Source: Octopus bimaculoides (lineage: Eukaryota). From it: a stretch of DNA of 64,000 nucleotides. A program made the translations under genes and the position numbers. Positions 12,273 to 25,640 of this stretch are shown here, piece after piece. The notes under the pieces were generated by a model. It was given only the letters and a program-made list of their open reading frames with translations. It searched no databases and had not been told where the DNA came from. Within the stretch, counting starts at the first letter, position 1, and each line of letters opens with the position of its first letter. The stretch is from assembly GCF_001194135.2 (NCBI RefSeq), contig NC_068986.1:9308710-9372709 (forward strand), read 5' to 3'.

Positions 12273-13630
12273 TTTGCATCTATACCTATTATCGGTATAG
12301 ATAATAGGTAAAGATGTGGATGGGAAAAATGTGGGTAGAGGGTGATGTGCCAGCAACCCTCTCCTCTTATTGTTTTACTAAGTAAACAACAACACAAATA
12401 ATTACGCAGAGACAGCCATGGTTGAAACAAGAACAAGAACAACAAGCATTATTAAAAGAGAAAAGAAGCATGGTCATTCCTTGTCCAAGTGACCTTATCT
12501 TATCGCCCATCACTTGTTATGTGCTCATCAATTAGTTTGATAGTTGAGCTCTGGTTGGCTGTATGCAAATGAGTTCATAACTGGGGTCTGGAACTCATGT
12601 AGGAAAAATAATTTTGCGTACCGAAGGCTACATTCAGTGTGTTCATTTTTCAGATAGGAAAGTGTGCTTTGAGGGATTGTTAGCTGTTATTTCTAGAAGG
12701 TCCTCTTCATTGGTCTAACAAAACCGTAAGTTGATGGATATGGTGAGTTATTCTAATTAAATGGTGGAATTTGTTAAATCATTTGTGAACTGATACCCTT
12801 TCATATCGACCATCCCAGCCCACTCACTATAGTCACCCTTCTGAACCTCAACATCTCCCTTTCCACTGCTCCTCCATCTTGCACAGCACCTCCCTACTTT
12901 CCCTTCACTCCATATTATTTCTCATCACTTCCACCTTTGTTCATCGTTTGTTACATTCATCTCTACCCCCCCTCTCCAAACAGCTGTCACCCGGACCCAC
13001 TGTCCACCCCCTCTCTTTTGCTTATGTTCTTATACCATGAGAGTTTACCCAGTTCTCCATCTCTATCATCTCCTTATACTTTAGCTTCTCAACATAAAGC
13101 CACCTCCCTCCTCTCAAACCCCCCCCCCCGTTCCTGTTCTTTTTCTGTGTTGCATGTTACATGGTCACCTCACTAGTGCCAGTGCCCTGTAAAAAGTAAC
13201 TGAGTACATTCTGTAAAGTTGTTGGTATTAGGAAAGGCATCTAGTTGTAGAAACCATGTTGAAGCTGACATTGAGAATCAGTATAGCTCTGCAACCCATT
13301 GGATCCTGTCAAACTATCCAATCCATGCCAGTATGGAAAACAGATGGTAAATGATGATTATGTCAAGAAATCAAAAATAGCCTTTAGAATTGAAATTAGA
13401 TANNNNNNNNNNNNNNNNNNNNNNNNNNNNNNNNNNNNNNNNNNNNNNNNNNNNNNNNNNNNNNNNNNNNNNNNNNNNNNNNNNNNNNNNNNNNNNNNNN
13501 NNNNNNNNNNNNNNNNNNNNNNNNNNNNNNNNNNNNNNNNNNNNNNNNNNNNNNNNNNNNNNNNNNNNNNNNNNNNNNNNNNNNNNNNNNNNNNNNNNNN
13601 NNNNNNNNNNNNNNNNNNNNNNNNNNNNNN

Positions 13631-13946
13631 GCAGTTTCAATTCCCAGACCAGGCGTTGTGAGTGTTTATTGAGCGAAAACACTTAAAGCTCCACGAGGCT
13701 CCGGCAGGGGATGGTGGCGAATCCTGCTGTACTCTTCCACCACAACTTTCTCTCACTCTTACTTCCTGTTTCTGTTGTGCCTGTAATTCAAAGGGTCAGC
13801 CTTGTCACACTGAATATCCCCGAGAACTACGTTAAGGGTACACGTGCCTGTGGAGTGCTCAGCCACTTGCACGTTAATTTCATGAGCAGGCTGTTCCGTT
13901 GATCGGATCAACTGGAACCCTCGACGTCGTAAGCGACGGAGTGCCA
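13631..13946 (+). mobile_element. tRNA-derived SINE, same family as 3763-4131 (5' end in gap)
   Basis: Direct near-identity to 3810-4127. Confidence 0.85.
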
Positions 13947-14269
13947 GTTCATTAACCATTGAAACTGGTTTAATGTGTTCTACTGGTGCTACATAAAAAG
14001 CAGCCAGTCCACCCTCTGTAAAGTGGTTGGCACTGGGAAAGACATCCAACCACAGAAACCATGCCAAAACAGACAATTGGGACCTAGTGTAGCTCTCCAG
14101 CCTTGCCACCCCCTGTCAAATTGTCCAATTCATGCCAGCATGGAAAATAGATGTTAAGTGATGGTGCTATTCAGTAATTCATTGTTGATTTACTTTTAAC
14201 TGACCTGTTTCTAATTTCACCCCGCCCACCACATTATTATAGACCATCTTGAATAATTTTCTTTCACAG

Positions 14270-14313
14270 GCATAGTTATGTCAGTGATCTAAAATTAGTT
14301 GTTTCGAAACACT
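14270..14313 (+). other. Candidate 44-nt non-coding (5'UTR) exon
   Basis: Acceptor 'ataatttttctttcacag' ends at 14269 and donor ACT|GTAAGC starts at 14314, in non-repetitive sequence. Confidence 0.25.
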
Positions 14314-14382
14314 GTAAGCATACTTTTCGTTTCCTTACTTGCTTCTAGTCAGTGCTTATCAGAGAGCTAATTTTTCTTTGGC

Positions 14383-14413
<31 letters not shown>

Positions 14414-15187
14414 ATGCCTCGTCAAAATCAGATACTCTCTTGCTGAGATGGAAAATCTATTCAAGAAAAAATAAGTGGAGTTTGGCTAGTTTTATCAATT
14501 TCTGTTTGTATTTAGCTCTGTAAAGTTGATTTAACATTGTGTGCAGTTGAACGGCCTAGAAAAACGGTCTGTTTCATATAAATTCTCTCTCTTTTTTTTT
14601 TTTTTTTTTTTTTTNNNNNNNNNNTTTTTTTTTTTTTTTGTTTATTTGAGCTAATTATGATCATGGCTCTTATTCTAACAACAATAATATATAATTGAGC
14701 TAGCTAATTAGTATTTATGCTGTTGATTAGGTATAATTTAATGGGTTGATAATTTATTTCATTAATCATTTTGTCATTTATGCTGGTGGAAGTGAGTTAG
14801 TGTAGGCGACACAAGTGATGGGTGAAATATGTAAGGGAGAGGCCTTTATCTGAAAATTAAAACAAATAGTTCACCAATACATATAGTATGTGACTAAAAT
14901 ACTATGGAGTGTTTGTGTGTGTGTGTGAGTACATGTGTCATTAGAAGCACCAGTTCATCAGATATGTCTTGTTTTGCATCCAATTGACCTGGCACCAGTG
15001 GCTTTCTGGTTGCTATCAACTGTTACTGAAACTTAACTTCGACACTGTTTTCTTTTATCTTTCATTTGTTTCAGTCATTAGACTGTGACCATGCTGCAGC
15101 ACTGCTTTGAATAAATGACCTCGGTACATATTCTTATTCAGTCAGATACTTATTTGATCAGTCTCTTTTGCTGAATTGCTAAGTTAT

Positions 15188-15513
15188 GGGGGCGCATGGC
15201 TCAGTGGTTAGAGTGTCGAGCTTACGATCGTGAGGTTGTGAGTTCGAATCCAGGACCGGGCTGCGTGTTGTGTTCTTGAGCAAGACACTTTATTTCACGT
15301 GTCTCCAGTTTACTCAGCTGTTGCGATGTCACAGGTGCCAAGTTGTATCGGCCCCTTTACTTTTCCTTTGGATAACATCGGTGGCATGGAGAGGGGAGGC
15401 TGGTATGCATGGGCTACTACTGGTCTTCCATAAGCAATCTTACCCGGACTTGTGCCTGGGAGGGTAACTTTCTAGGTGCAATCCCATGGTCAGTCATGAC
15501 TGAAGGGGGTCTC
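15188..15513 (+). mobile_element. tRNA-derived SINE with well-preserved tRNA-like head
   Basis: A box 'tggctcagtgg', B box 'gttcgaatcc' and anticodon-like loop 'cttacga', followed by a 'gtgttcttgagcaagacactt' SINE body rather than a tRNA acceptor stem. Confidence 0.75.
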
Positions 15514-16678
15514 AGTGGGGGTGCAAATAAACCAACACCAGTTGTCAAGTGATGGGGAAACAAAGACACATACGTGTGTGTGTGTGTTATCATTTAACAT
15601 CCATTTTCCAAGCTGGCATTGGATGGCTGGTTTGACAGAAGCTGGTGAACCCAGAGAAAATGCCCCCACTGTCTGCTTTGGCATGTTTTCTATGGTTGGA
15701 TGCCCTTTGCAATGCCAACTGCTTTATAGTGTGTGTGTATAAATGATGATCTATATGTATGTATGTATGTGTGTGTTTGTCTGTATAAATGATGATCTAT
15801 GTGGATGTATATGAGAGGCTTCCTTATAGTTTCTTAATCCATTGGTCAGTCTAGGGCTTGAGTGCCCAAGGCACTGTGCTGTAGGACTGAACTCCAAACC
15901 AAATAACTGTGAAATTCCAGTCATGAAAAAATTACTTTGAAGTAAGAGAGACTAATTTCAGTGGACCTAAGAGGACATTTTGTAGTTGATGGTGACCAAT
16001 GTTATTGGGAAGGAGAGAAAGAAAGAAAGAAACTAATGATGATTAATGAAGCTTATGAGTAATTGCTCGTACTGAATACTAGAAAATGAAGTATCTATGA
16101 GTGGATCGGAAATAAGTAATTCAACTCCTCCTCTGTGTAATTAATGAAATCTAAAACCTATTATCAAAACCCCAACTGCAGCAGAGAAGCGACATAAAGG
16201 CTTGTTCTGTTCATCATTATAAAAAAGATTCTACTTATTTCATCATGTATTTCATTTTGCTTTCATTCACTTCATTTTAGTTCTTTCTATTACAATCATC
16301 AATTGTTCACATTGGCCTGTCTTAATATTTACATCTTGAAGTATGTTTATAAATTCATTTTTCTTTTCCAATCCATTGTTCTTCTGGAAATTAATCTCTC
16401 TCTCTCTAGAAAAAAAAAAAATTGTGTTCTTTTGTTCAGAATATTTGGAATTTANNNNNNNNNNNNNNNNNNNNNNNNNNNNNNNNNNNNNNNNNNNNNN
16501 NNNNNNNNNNNNNNNNNNNNNNNNNNNNNNNNNNNNNNNNNNNNNNNNNNNNNNNNNNNNNNNNNNNNNNNNNNNNNNNNNNNNNNNNNNNNNNNNNNNN
16601 NNNNNNNNNNNNNNNNAAAATAGTTTTTATATTTTCTCTCTCAGTGTGTATGTGAATAGGCCATAGGGAATTTTGATA

Positions 16679-16741
<63 letters not shown>

Positions 16742-18327
16742 CTATGAAATGCACTGTTAAAATGCCAAGTATAAAGAGGGAAAGACATTCTGTACAAACA
16801 CAGAGAAGAACTGCAGAATCACACTTTGCCATTTTTGTTGATTTTCTTGGTTTTTCATTCATGTTCTGCTAGCAGACATAGAATATAAATTTCCGCAGCT
16901 GCATATTGTTGAAGTAATTGCTGCATATCTTTCCTACATTTTACTACTGAAATACAGTATAGGATTGAAATGTGTTATTAGGCAGAGCTTAGATAATAGC
17001 TGTAGGAGAAAGGTTCAGATCTTATGTGCTTGGTAGATCAGCTTTGCATCATAAAAAAAACAAAACAAAAAGAAAAAAACCCACTGAGATTGTGAAATAG
17101 TTATTTATGTCATAAAACCTAGAGAAGTGTAATGAATCTATCAGCTATTTTGGGTCTCTTTCAGAATCAGGAGTTCATAGAAGCAGCTAAGTTATGATTC
17201 CTACATCAGGTTTACATATCAGTTTGGGTAGGAATTTTAAAATTAATATATTTACTTATTGTTAGAATAGTTATTATTCCAAAAAGGTGCTGCATGTTTT
17301 TGTGATCATATTTCCAATAATAGATTACCTTTGTCATCAATTTAATATTTAGAGTAAGGAAAACTTTAGACTTGTTTGGCAATTTTATAGTTATTGGTAC
17401 AGGCGTGGCTGTGTAGTTAAAAAGCTTGTCTTGGGTTCAGTCCCACTGAGTGGCACCTTTGGCAAAAGCCTTCTACAGCCTTGGATTGATAAGGGCCTTG
17501 TAAGTGGATTTGGTACTTAATGTATGTATGTGTGTGTGTTTGTTGGTGTGTGGCCTTGCCTTGACATAATGCGGTGATTATAAATGAGCATAATCATCAT
17601 ACAAGTGATGTAATTTGCTTCCAGTCTTCCATGGAGAAATTATTGAATTGGTTGGAAACTGGTAAGGGTTGGCAACAGGAAGAGCATTCGGCTGTAGAAA
17701 ATCTGCCTCAATAAACTCAATGTGACCCATGGAAAAATGGATGTTGAAACAGTGATGACTGTATGTTGTACTAGTGTTCAGATTTCATCTTAATTAGAGA
17801 CAGATATTTGCCATAATGGCTCATTGCTTAGGCAGTTTGAGCATGACTCTTAAATGCTAGTGTTGTGGGTTGAGTCTCATTATTGCCATTGAAAAAAATC
17901 ATCCTTTCAGGCTGGATTGATCTGCATGCAGGCATGGCTGTGCAGTTAAGAAGCTTGTATTGCAACCACACAGTTTGGAGATCAATCCTATTATGCAATA
18001 CTTTTGGCAGGTGTATTCTTCTATAGTTCCAGGATGACCAATACCTCACAGAGTGAATTTAATTCATGGATATTGTATGGAAGCCCATTATGTGTGTGTG
18101 TGTGTGGTGTTTGTCCCCCTGCTCCACTTGACAACTGATGTTGGTTTGTTGACATCCCTATCACTTAGCAATTCAGCAAGCAATTCTGACCTTGAGAAAA
18201 ACAAGAACTGGTGTCAATTTGTTTGAACTAAACCCATCAAGACGGTGCCCCAACATGGTTGCAGTCTAGTGACTGAAGCGAGTAAAAGATAGAGGATAGG
18301 CTAGTCCAGAGCCGCTGGCTGAAATAC

Positions 18328-18809
18328 TTAACCCTTTCATTACCAACCCAGCCGAAACCGGTTCTGGCTCTGAGTACAAATGTTTTTGTTTTCATAGGTT
18401 TTGAATTAAAATCTTCCGCCAAACCTTAAGTCACAATTTATGTTCCTAACACTAGCTGAATGATAACCAAGTTATTGTACTAAATTCTTTGTTATATTTA
18501 AAATGAATTAAAAGAAACACAGAGCATCTCAACAGAAATATGGTGACAAAAGGGTTAAAATATATAATAGAGAAACAATTCTTAACCCTTTTGATACCAA
18601 CCCAGCTGAAACTGGCTCTGGCTCTGAGTACAAATGTCTTGTTTTCATAAGTTTTGAATTAAAATCTTCCACCAAACCTTAGTCACAATTTATGTTCCTA
18701 ACACTAGCTGAATGACAACTAAATTATTTTACTAAATTCTTTGTTATATTTAAAATAATTGAAAGAAACACAGAACATCTCAACAGAAATATGGCTAGAA
18801 AAGGGTTAA
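18328..18809. mobile_element. Two adjacent family A TTAA MITE copies
   Basis: Copy 1 at 18328-18558 and copy 2 at 18582-18809, each TTAACCCTTT...AAAGGGTTAA and highly similar to each other. Confidence 0.85.
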
Positions 18810-21029
18810 TGTCATTTATGTAATCTAATTTAAATGTGAACTGCTGGGGATCTTGAAGGGGTTAAGCAACTGTAGCCTAAATGTATTTTTATGCTTTATA
18901 TCTGTAATTAAGGTGTTGAGCCGGCAGAATCATTAACACTCTGGACAAAATGCTTAGCGGCATTTCGTCTGTCTTTACGTTCTGAGTTCAAATGCCACTG
19001 AGGTTGACTTTGCCTCTCATTCCCTTTCGGGGTCGATAAAATAAGTACCAGTTGTGTACTGGGGTTGATGTAATTGACTTGCCCTCTCCCCCAAAACAGC
19101 TGGCCTTGTGCCAAAATTTGAAATCAACATCTTATATTTGTATGTTAACAGGCCAGCTGGAGCTCTGAATTTAAGTATGTATAAGACATTTGTAACATCA
19201 TCATCATCATCATCTACTTTCCTATGCTTACATGGGTTGGATGGAATTCAATGAGGCAGATTTTCTACAGCTGGATGTCCTTTCTGTCACCAGCACTTAC
19301 TTATTTCCAAGCATGTTTTCATGAAAGATTGGAAAGGAATGATGGTGCTTGCTTGACAATGACATTTGTGATGTCAACCCTTTCGTTACTATATTTCTGA
19401 CCAAAATACACCCCTCAAGAGTTTCAATTAAATTCTAAAATAATCATGAATTTAGACTAGTTTCATTAAACAACTGTAATCTTTTTACTTAACACATTAA
19501 TGTGAGATTTGGAAGACAATTGAAGAAAAGATTCTTAATCAATTCTATTGCATAACTTTTGTCTCCAAAGTAACTCTAATTACAGGTAAACCGAGCAAAA
19601 TATATAAATATCAAAATTTTGTTTAAACAGCATCATAGTCATCAGCTAATATTCAATTGGGTGTGCAACAAAATTTTAATATAGAAGAATTGTGCACATC
19701 ACTAGATTATTAGTTGAATTTAATGCACAGGTATACCATAAAGGTAAAATAAACTGAAATACTGGAATTTGTTTTTGAAGAAAATTAGAAAATTAAATAC
19801 ATCAACTAAATGAAATATACTTACACACATACATGAATATACAAGAACATATGTAATATTTACAATAGAAATTAAATCAAAATTTGTCACTCACCTTACA
19901 GGCAAACTAAAATTACAGGTAAATTAAAATTACAAATAAAAAGTAAAAATGAAGAAAATTTGAAAAATATTTATACAATCTAATTATACATATATAGAAA
20001 CAATATTCACTCAATATTTCTATCATGGAAACTTGTAAAACATTCCACTCTACATACTGCAACCTTGCAGAATGGATATTGGAAAGACATTTCAATTGGC
20101 CGTCTAATGTGACACAAGCAGATACATATGGACGCACACACACATATATGTATACACACACACAATTGACTCCTTTCAGTGTCCACTTAGCAAATATACT
20201 CCAAAGCTTTGGTCAACGTAAGGCTAGTGTCAGAGAGTACTCTCAAGAAACAGGAAGGTGAGTTTAAGAGAGTATGTGGACAAAGTTTATTTGGTGGGTA
20301 GATTTCCTACATAATCATGTCTCTACACTTCCCTTATATAAAATATGTAATTATGTTGGTGTAAAGGTCTTGAGTTCAAATAAAACATTATTCTACTTGC
20401 TTCAATGAACTCAGTTGGGGAACAAATAAAAAACCAGTTTTAACCCTTGTTCAGTTCACTTTTAATAGAAAAGTTTCCATGAATATCCTAATACAGAACA
20501 CACTCCCATCCAACATTTAGTGAACATGGACAAGATGGACAACTGTAGTATTTTAAAAGTGAATTTTTAATTATGGAATTAAGCTTATTTCCTGTGTCCA
20601 TTGTGCATACAATATTGAGTGGCCATAATAACTGTCATATTTTTAGCCACCAGTAACTGTTCATCAAAGCTGACTCATCTTGTGTCCCTATGTCAAGTAG
20701 GCATTCATCAAAAGGGGGACTCGCTAGGTCTATTTTTAAAGACCATCCAGTTTAACCTCACCTCCTTATCTGCTGTTCATATATTAATCTCCAATTGTAC
20801 TTTTTTACGCTTCAAAGTATCATCAGTCATTAAATATATATGTGTGGTGTGTCATTGTTTTCACCATTAACATCCACTTTTCCTCTCCATGCTTGCATGA
20901 CACACACGCACACGCACACAAGTGGATGAACAAATGAAAGGAAATAGCACTCAACACATTTGGTAGAAGTTAAATGTATTTAGTAACAGTTGGGCCTCAT
21001 GGAGGCAAAGTGTCTGAGTTCCTTTCGAG

Positions 21030-21330
21030 CATTGGGCCTCATGGAGGCAATGACCAGGACCTTTGACATTGTCGTGCTTGAGAAGACCCATCAAACCAAG
21101 CAAAATTGCAGTCATGGCAGATACTGGTGTCATGCATATGGCACTTGTGCCGGTGGCACATAAAAGCACCCATTACACTCTCAGAGTGGTTGGCATTAGG
21201 AAGGGTATCCAGCCGTAGAAAACCATACCAAATAAGGCTGGAGTCTGGTGTAGCCTTCCAGCTTAACAGTCCTGGTCAAACTGTCCAACCCATGCCAGCA
21301 TGGACAACAGATGTTAAACGATGATGATGA
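21030..21330 (+). mobile_element. (GAT)n-tailed RTE-related short repeat
   Basis: 'ggttggcattaggaagggtatccagcc...catgccagcatgga...gttaaacgatgatgatga'. This family recurs at more than 15 places (e.g. 4610, 13170, 13970, 24640, 30290, 35380, 40395, 41990, 57560). Confidence 0.75.
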
Positions 21331-21479
21331 ACATTGTGACTCAGTTGGACAGGACTTGCAGTTTTGTGGGCACATAGGTCCATGTTTGGAGGTAGATCTT
21401 CTGAGGAGTTCAGTCTGTCCTATTCACCCATGAAGATTTTAAGTCTGCTGTAGCTGCATCAAATTTCGATATATAAGAA

Positions 21480-21830
21480 CATTGATTGGCTATGATGCAA
21501 AGAGCCATGGAACGATCCATGCTAGAAATATGATTACGAAAGCATGTTTCAAATGAGATAATTTAAGAACTGAGCAGTGTGAAAAATGTGATCACAGAAT
21601 ACCGAAAGCACAAGTTCCACTGAGTTGGATATATTGTAAGGTTCCTTGACAAGAGGTGGACTTGTACAGTTGCCGAGTGGTATCCAGCAGATGGAGAAAG
21701 GCCACTCGGAAGGCCTCCATGATGATGGGAAGATGATTTAGTTAAGTGATTTGGGTCAAGATAGAAAAGAATGGCATGATTATGACAATTGGAAGCACAT
21801 TGTGATCAGTGGTGTACAGCATCATCTGAT
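21480..21830 (+). mobile_element. RTE-clade LINE 3' fragment (pseudogenised RT C-terminus)
   Basis: Hand translation gives MQRAMERSMLEI*LRKHVSNEII*ELSSVKNVITEYRKHKFH*VGYIVRFLDKRWTCTVAEWYPADGERPLGRPP**WEDDLVK. This contains the QRAMER and RP-GRP--RW-DD motifs typical of RTE ORF ends. Confidence 0.8.
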
Positions 21831-21854
21831 GGTCTGGTGATACTCTGATATTGT

Positions 21855-21887
<33 letters not shown>

Positions 21888-21910
21888 NNNNNNNNNNATA
21901 TATATATATA

Positions 21911-21950
<40 letters not shown>

Positions 21951-24900
21951 CATATATATACGTATATACAAACACACACACAAATATTCAACCCATTCGA
22001 CTATTGTTATCCATCATGCCTGCTCAAAGAAAACAAAATTCTAATTTCTTTCAGAACGCTATCTTACAAATATATTCTTTCATGTTTCTTCATCTGGGCC
22101 TATCTTCCCATTTTCCATTTCTTTTTTTTTATCTTTGTCTATAAATTATGATTTTCATCTGTTCTTAGCTCATCTTCACTCTATTTTCCTTCTTTCTTTT
22201 TCTTAGTTTATTTTAAGAATTCAGTGATTATTATGTAATCTGTAGCTACTTGTAGTGGTTCGCAGGCTGGTTGGAATCTAGTTTGTGGAAGTTTGCCAAC
22301 CTCTTGTTGTTATTGTGTGTGTGCGCGCGCATGTGTTTATCTTTGTACTTATGTTATTTACAACAATTATTTAAAAGAATTTATTTTTTTTTTGTTTTCT
22401 TAAATTCATAGTTTTAAACACACTTTTTTCTTGGCCAAACTTTTCAAATTTATACTGTATTAAAATTTATATTTTCTATAATTAGTTAAATATCTAGAAT
22501 GAGTTAATTTTTCTACTGTCATAAATTCTTTAGTCATTGCCTAAAACTTTAGGAATTTCAATTATTCTATCAACTTCCTCCTATTAATTGATACACTATT
22601 CCTTTTTAATAATTGTTATTGCTTTAGGTGTGGCATTGTACTAAAATGGAGTTTTACTTTGGGTGTGGCATCAAGATGAGTTGGTAATAATCACTTTTAG
22701 GATAGGCAAACACAGTGAAGGTGGCAAAGTGGTAGGCTGTTGAGGGGAAGCTTGCAGGAGATTGTTTGGTGTTATGTTTTTCCTCCAAATCACATTCTAC
22801 AGTTTACAGATGTGAAAATGAGTACAACTCATAGCTGAGTTTGGTGTGAGGCAAAGAGAGCCATGAGTAAAAGAGCCACCTATCTGTTGCAACAGTTAAC
22901 TGCATCTAACTCCAGATAGCATAATAAAAAAAAAAAAAGGAAAATAGTTAGAAAAAGAAACAAACATCTTTTTTGTGTGTTTTTTTGTTTTTTGTAAATC
23001 TGTAATTGTAGCTGTTGCTTTTTTTTTTTAATAAAACTAAATGTCTATGGTAGATGGTGATAGGACGGAGAAAATGGTAGCTGTTTGGTAAGGTATGCAG
23101 ACAGTGTAAGAGAAACAGGTGTGTCAGTAACTGTGATTATGTAGGTGGATACAAAGTGGAACTGGATGGTATGAAATTGTAAACCTGATCAGCAATAAAT
23201 GGAAGCTTTTGCTAGCTGTTCACATGTTTATCAGGATTCAAAATCTTCTTTTCTTTTCATTCCAGTTTTTGAAGTTCCAACATCAGGAGATGTGCCATGA
23301 AATTCTATTTATTCATAAATTTGGTCTCCTTACTGATTCACTGGAAACATTTTACTTTTTTTTTCTTTTAATTTCCTCCAGATTTTAAACTGTCTGCCTG
23401 TCTCTGATAATCCAAAGTGGATTAAGCTAAACCAAATTTAAAATAATTTTGTTGGAATCACAGAAAGTTGGTTCCTTGAAAAGGAACAAAGAAAGAAATA
23501 ATTTCATCTTTTAACTGTTTCAGTCATTAGACTGTGGCCATACTGGGGTACCACTTTGAAGAATTCTTAGTCAAATGAATCGATTCCAGTATTTTTCTTT
23601 TTAATCCTGGTACTTACTCTAGCAATTTCTTTTGTCAAATCACTAAGTTATGGGGACATAAACACATCAGCACCAGTTGTCAAATGGTGGGCAGGAGAGG
23701 TTGACAAACACAGACCCAAAGACACACACATACTCTTTAAGTTTCCATCTACTAAACCTACTTGCAAGGCTTTGGTCAGCCTGGGGCTATAGTAGAAGCC
23801 TCTTGCGCAAGGTGTCATACAGTGAAACTGGTCCTATAAGATAAACCTCAATAAATTTCACCTGAGCCATACAAGCATGAGAAAATAGACAGGGAGACAA
23901 TGTTGTATAATTAGCATCTTGATTCATTTCTGATAATTACTTGTTCTGGTGTAATTAGACACGGTTTGGTTAAACTATTACTTCCAATGCCATTTAGGAA
24001 GGATCATATTTGGTAATATTCTAGAATCAAGTATTTTGATGAAATATTTTGATGGTTAAAGAAATTATTCTACTATCTAATTGATATTTTTTTCTCTATT
24101 TGATATGTAAATTAATTAATTTTCCTAATTACTCTCTTCCTGAAATGAGTCAGTTGTTTGTTTAGTTTTAGGTTGTATACTTTTAAAGGTAATCAAATAA
24201 CATCTGCAGATTCTTCTCACATATTACTTTCAAAGTTTCAAACAAGGCCAGCAATTTCAGGGGAGTGGGGGGGGGGGGAAGTCGATTACATAGACCCCCA
24301 GTTTTCAACTGGTTCACCTTTTATTGACCCCCAGAAGGAAGAAAGGCAAAGTTGACCTCAGTGGAATTTGAACTCAGAATGTAAAGATGTGAAAAATGCT
24401 GCTAAACATTTTGCCCAGCAATGCTAACAATTCTGCCAACTCACCTTCTTAAATCACAACAACTAAATATTGATTCCTGTCTTTTGCAAACATAGAATTG
24501 GATAGCCTGCAGTTTCAAGAACATTACTTGTTAATCTTACTCAAGTCCAGTATTTTCTATGCCACCATTTTACATTCTCTTCTGCATGCAGTCTTGTGTC
24601 CAAATGACTTCTTTGTTTGCCAACAGCTCACAGACTTTATCAAGTATTGTTGGTGCTGGTGCCACATAAAAAGCATCCAAATCACTATGTAAAATGGTTG
24701 GCATTAGGATAGGCATCCAGCCATGGAAGACATTCTGGAACAGGCAACAGAACCTGGTGTAGCTCTTGCAGTGGTGGTGGATTCAGTTTCAAATTCTGGT
24801 ATCAGCTGGTTGCTCTCATTGAATTATAAATTGTTTTTTAATTGATACTATTGCATTTTCTTGCTTATTACCTTTCTCATTTATTTTTTGGATATGTAAA

Positions 24901-25329
24901 ATAATTTAGAAAGGAGTAAAATGTATGTAACCATGTAGCTCTTCTACAAAAAGACCCTCTTCACCACCCACCCACACCTTGCCCTCATCTCAGAGCACAA
25001 AGCTGTCCATTCCTCTTGCTTCAAGTTTTGTAGTTTTACAAGCTGCATGGTGGCCTTACTTGTGCTGGTGGTATGCAAAAAAGCATGCAGCACACTTTAA
25101 AGTGGTTGGCATTAGGAAGGGCATCAAGTTGTAAAAAAAATTATACCAAACTATCCAATCCACGACACCAGCATGGAAAACAGTTGTTAAATGATGGTGA
25201 TAATTATGATATAAAATATTTGTTTTGTTTGAAAGTGTTAATTCTAGGGATTAAGTAAAGACTGAATTAATATTTTGGTTGGCCATTTTATTTTTATTTG
25301 ATTCTGTTGGCTTGTTCTGGTGGAATTGG

Positions 25330-25640
25330 TTGCACTCATAGCATTCCTGGTCTGTGAGGCTGGTGAGAAGAACCACATGGGCAATGTTCCTCTTGATTAA
25401 TTTCAAGGTAACAGCTGCAAGAGAAACACAGGGAGGGAGCGAATTTCAGTTTTGATGTTTTGAGAAGGAAGAATGTAGTGATTCGTATGTGTGTGCTGAC
25501 ACTCTGGATGACGAGAGGAGAGATGAGTGAGTTATGGATATCTGAGTGAAAGTACCATGAGAATGACAATTGCCAAAGTAGAGAGAGAGAACACAGCACG
25601 TCTATGAGCCAGTGGATTGGTGAATGGCTTTGAATCAATC
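25330..25640 (-). mobile_element. Degenerate CR1/L2-group LINE 3' fragment
   Basis: The minus strand reads LAHRRAVFSLYFGNCH, resembling the L-HRR----L--FY-Y--G-C motif after the RT of CR1/L2-group LINEs. Confidence 0.4.

Noticed and set aside
11092-12445. Long ORFs of 350-400 aa (also those at 13.3, 16.3, 34.0, 47.2 and 58.8 kb)
   Set aside because: They consist of X residues from N-gaps.
12654-12725. Exon bounded by ttttcag and GTAAGT
   Set aside because: The interior resembles a dispersed repeat also seen near 48770, so the splice-like sites are not trusted.
15188-15260. tRNA gene
   Set aside because: It has A and B boxes but no acceptor-stem closure, and it continues into a SINE body.
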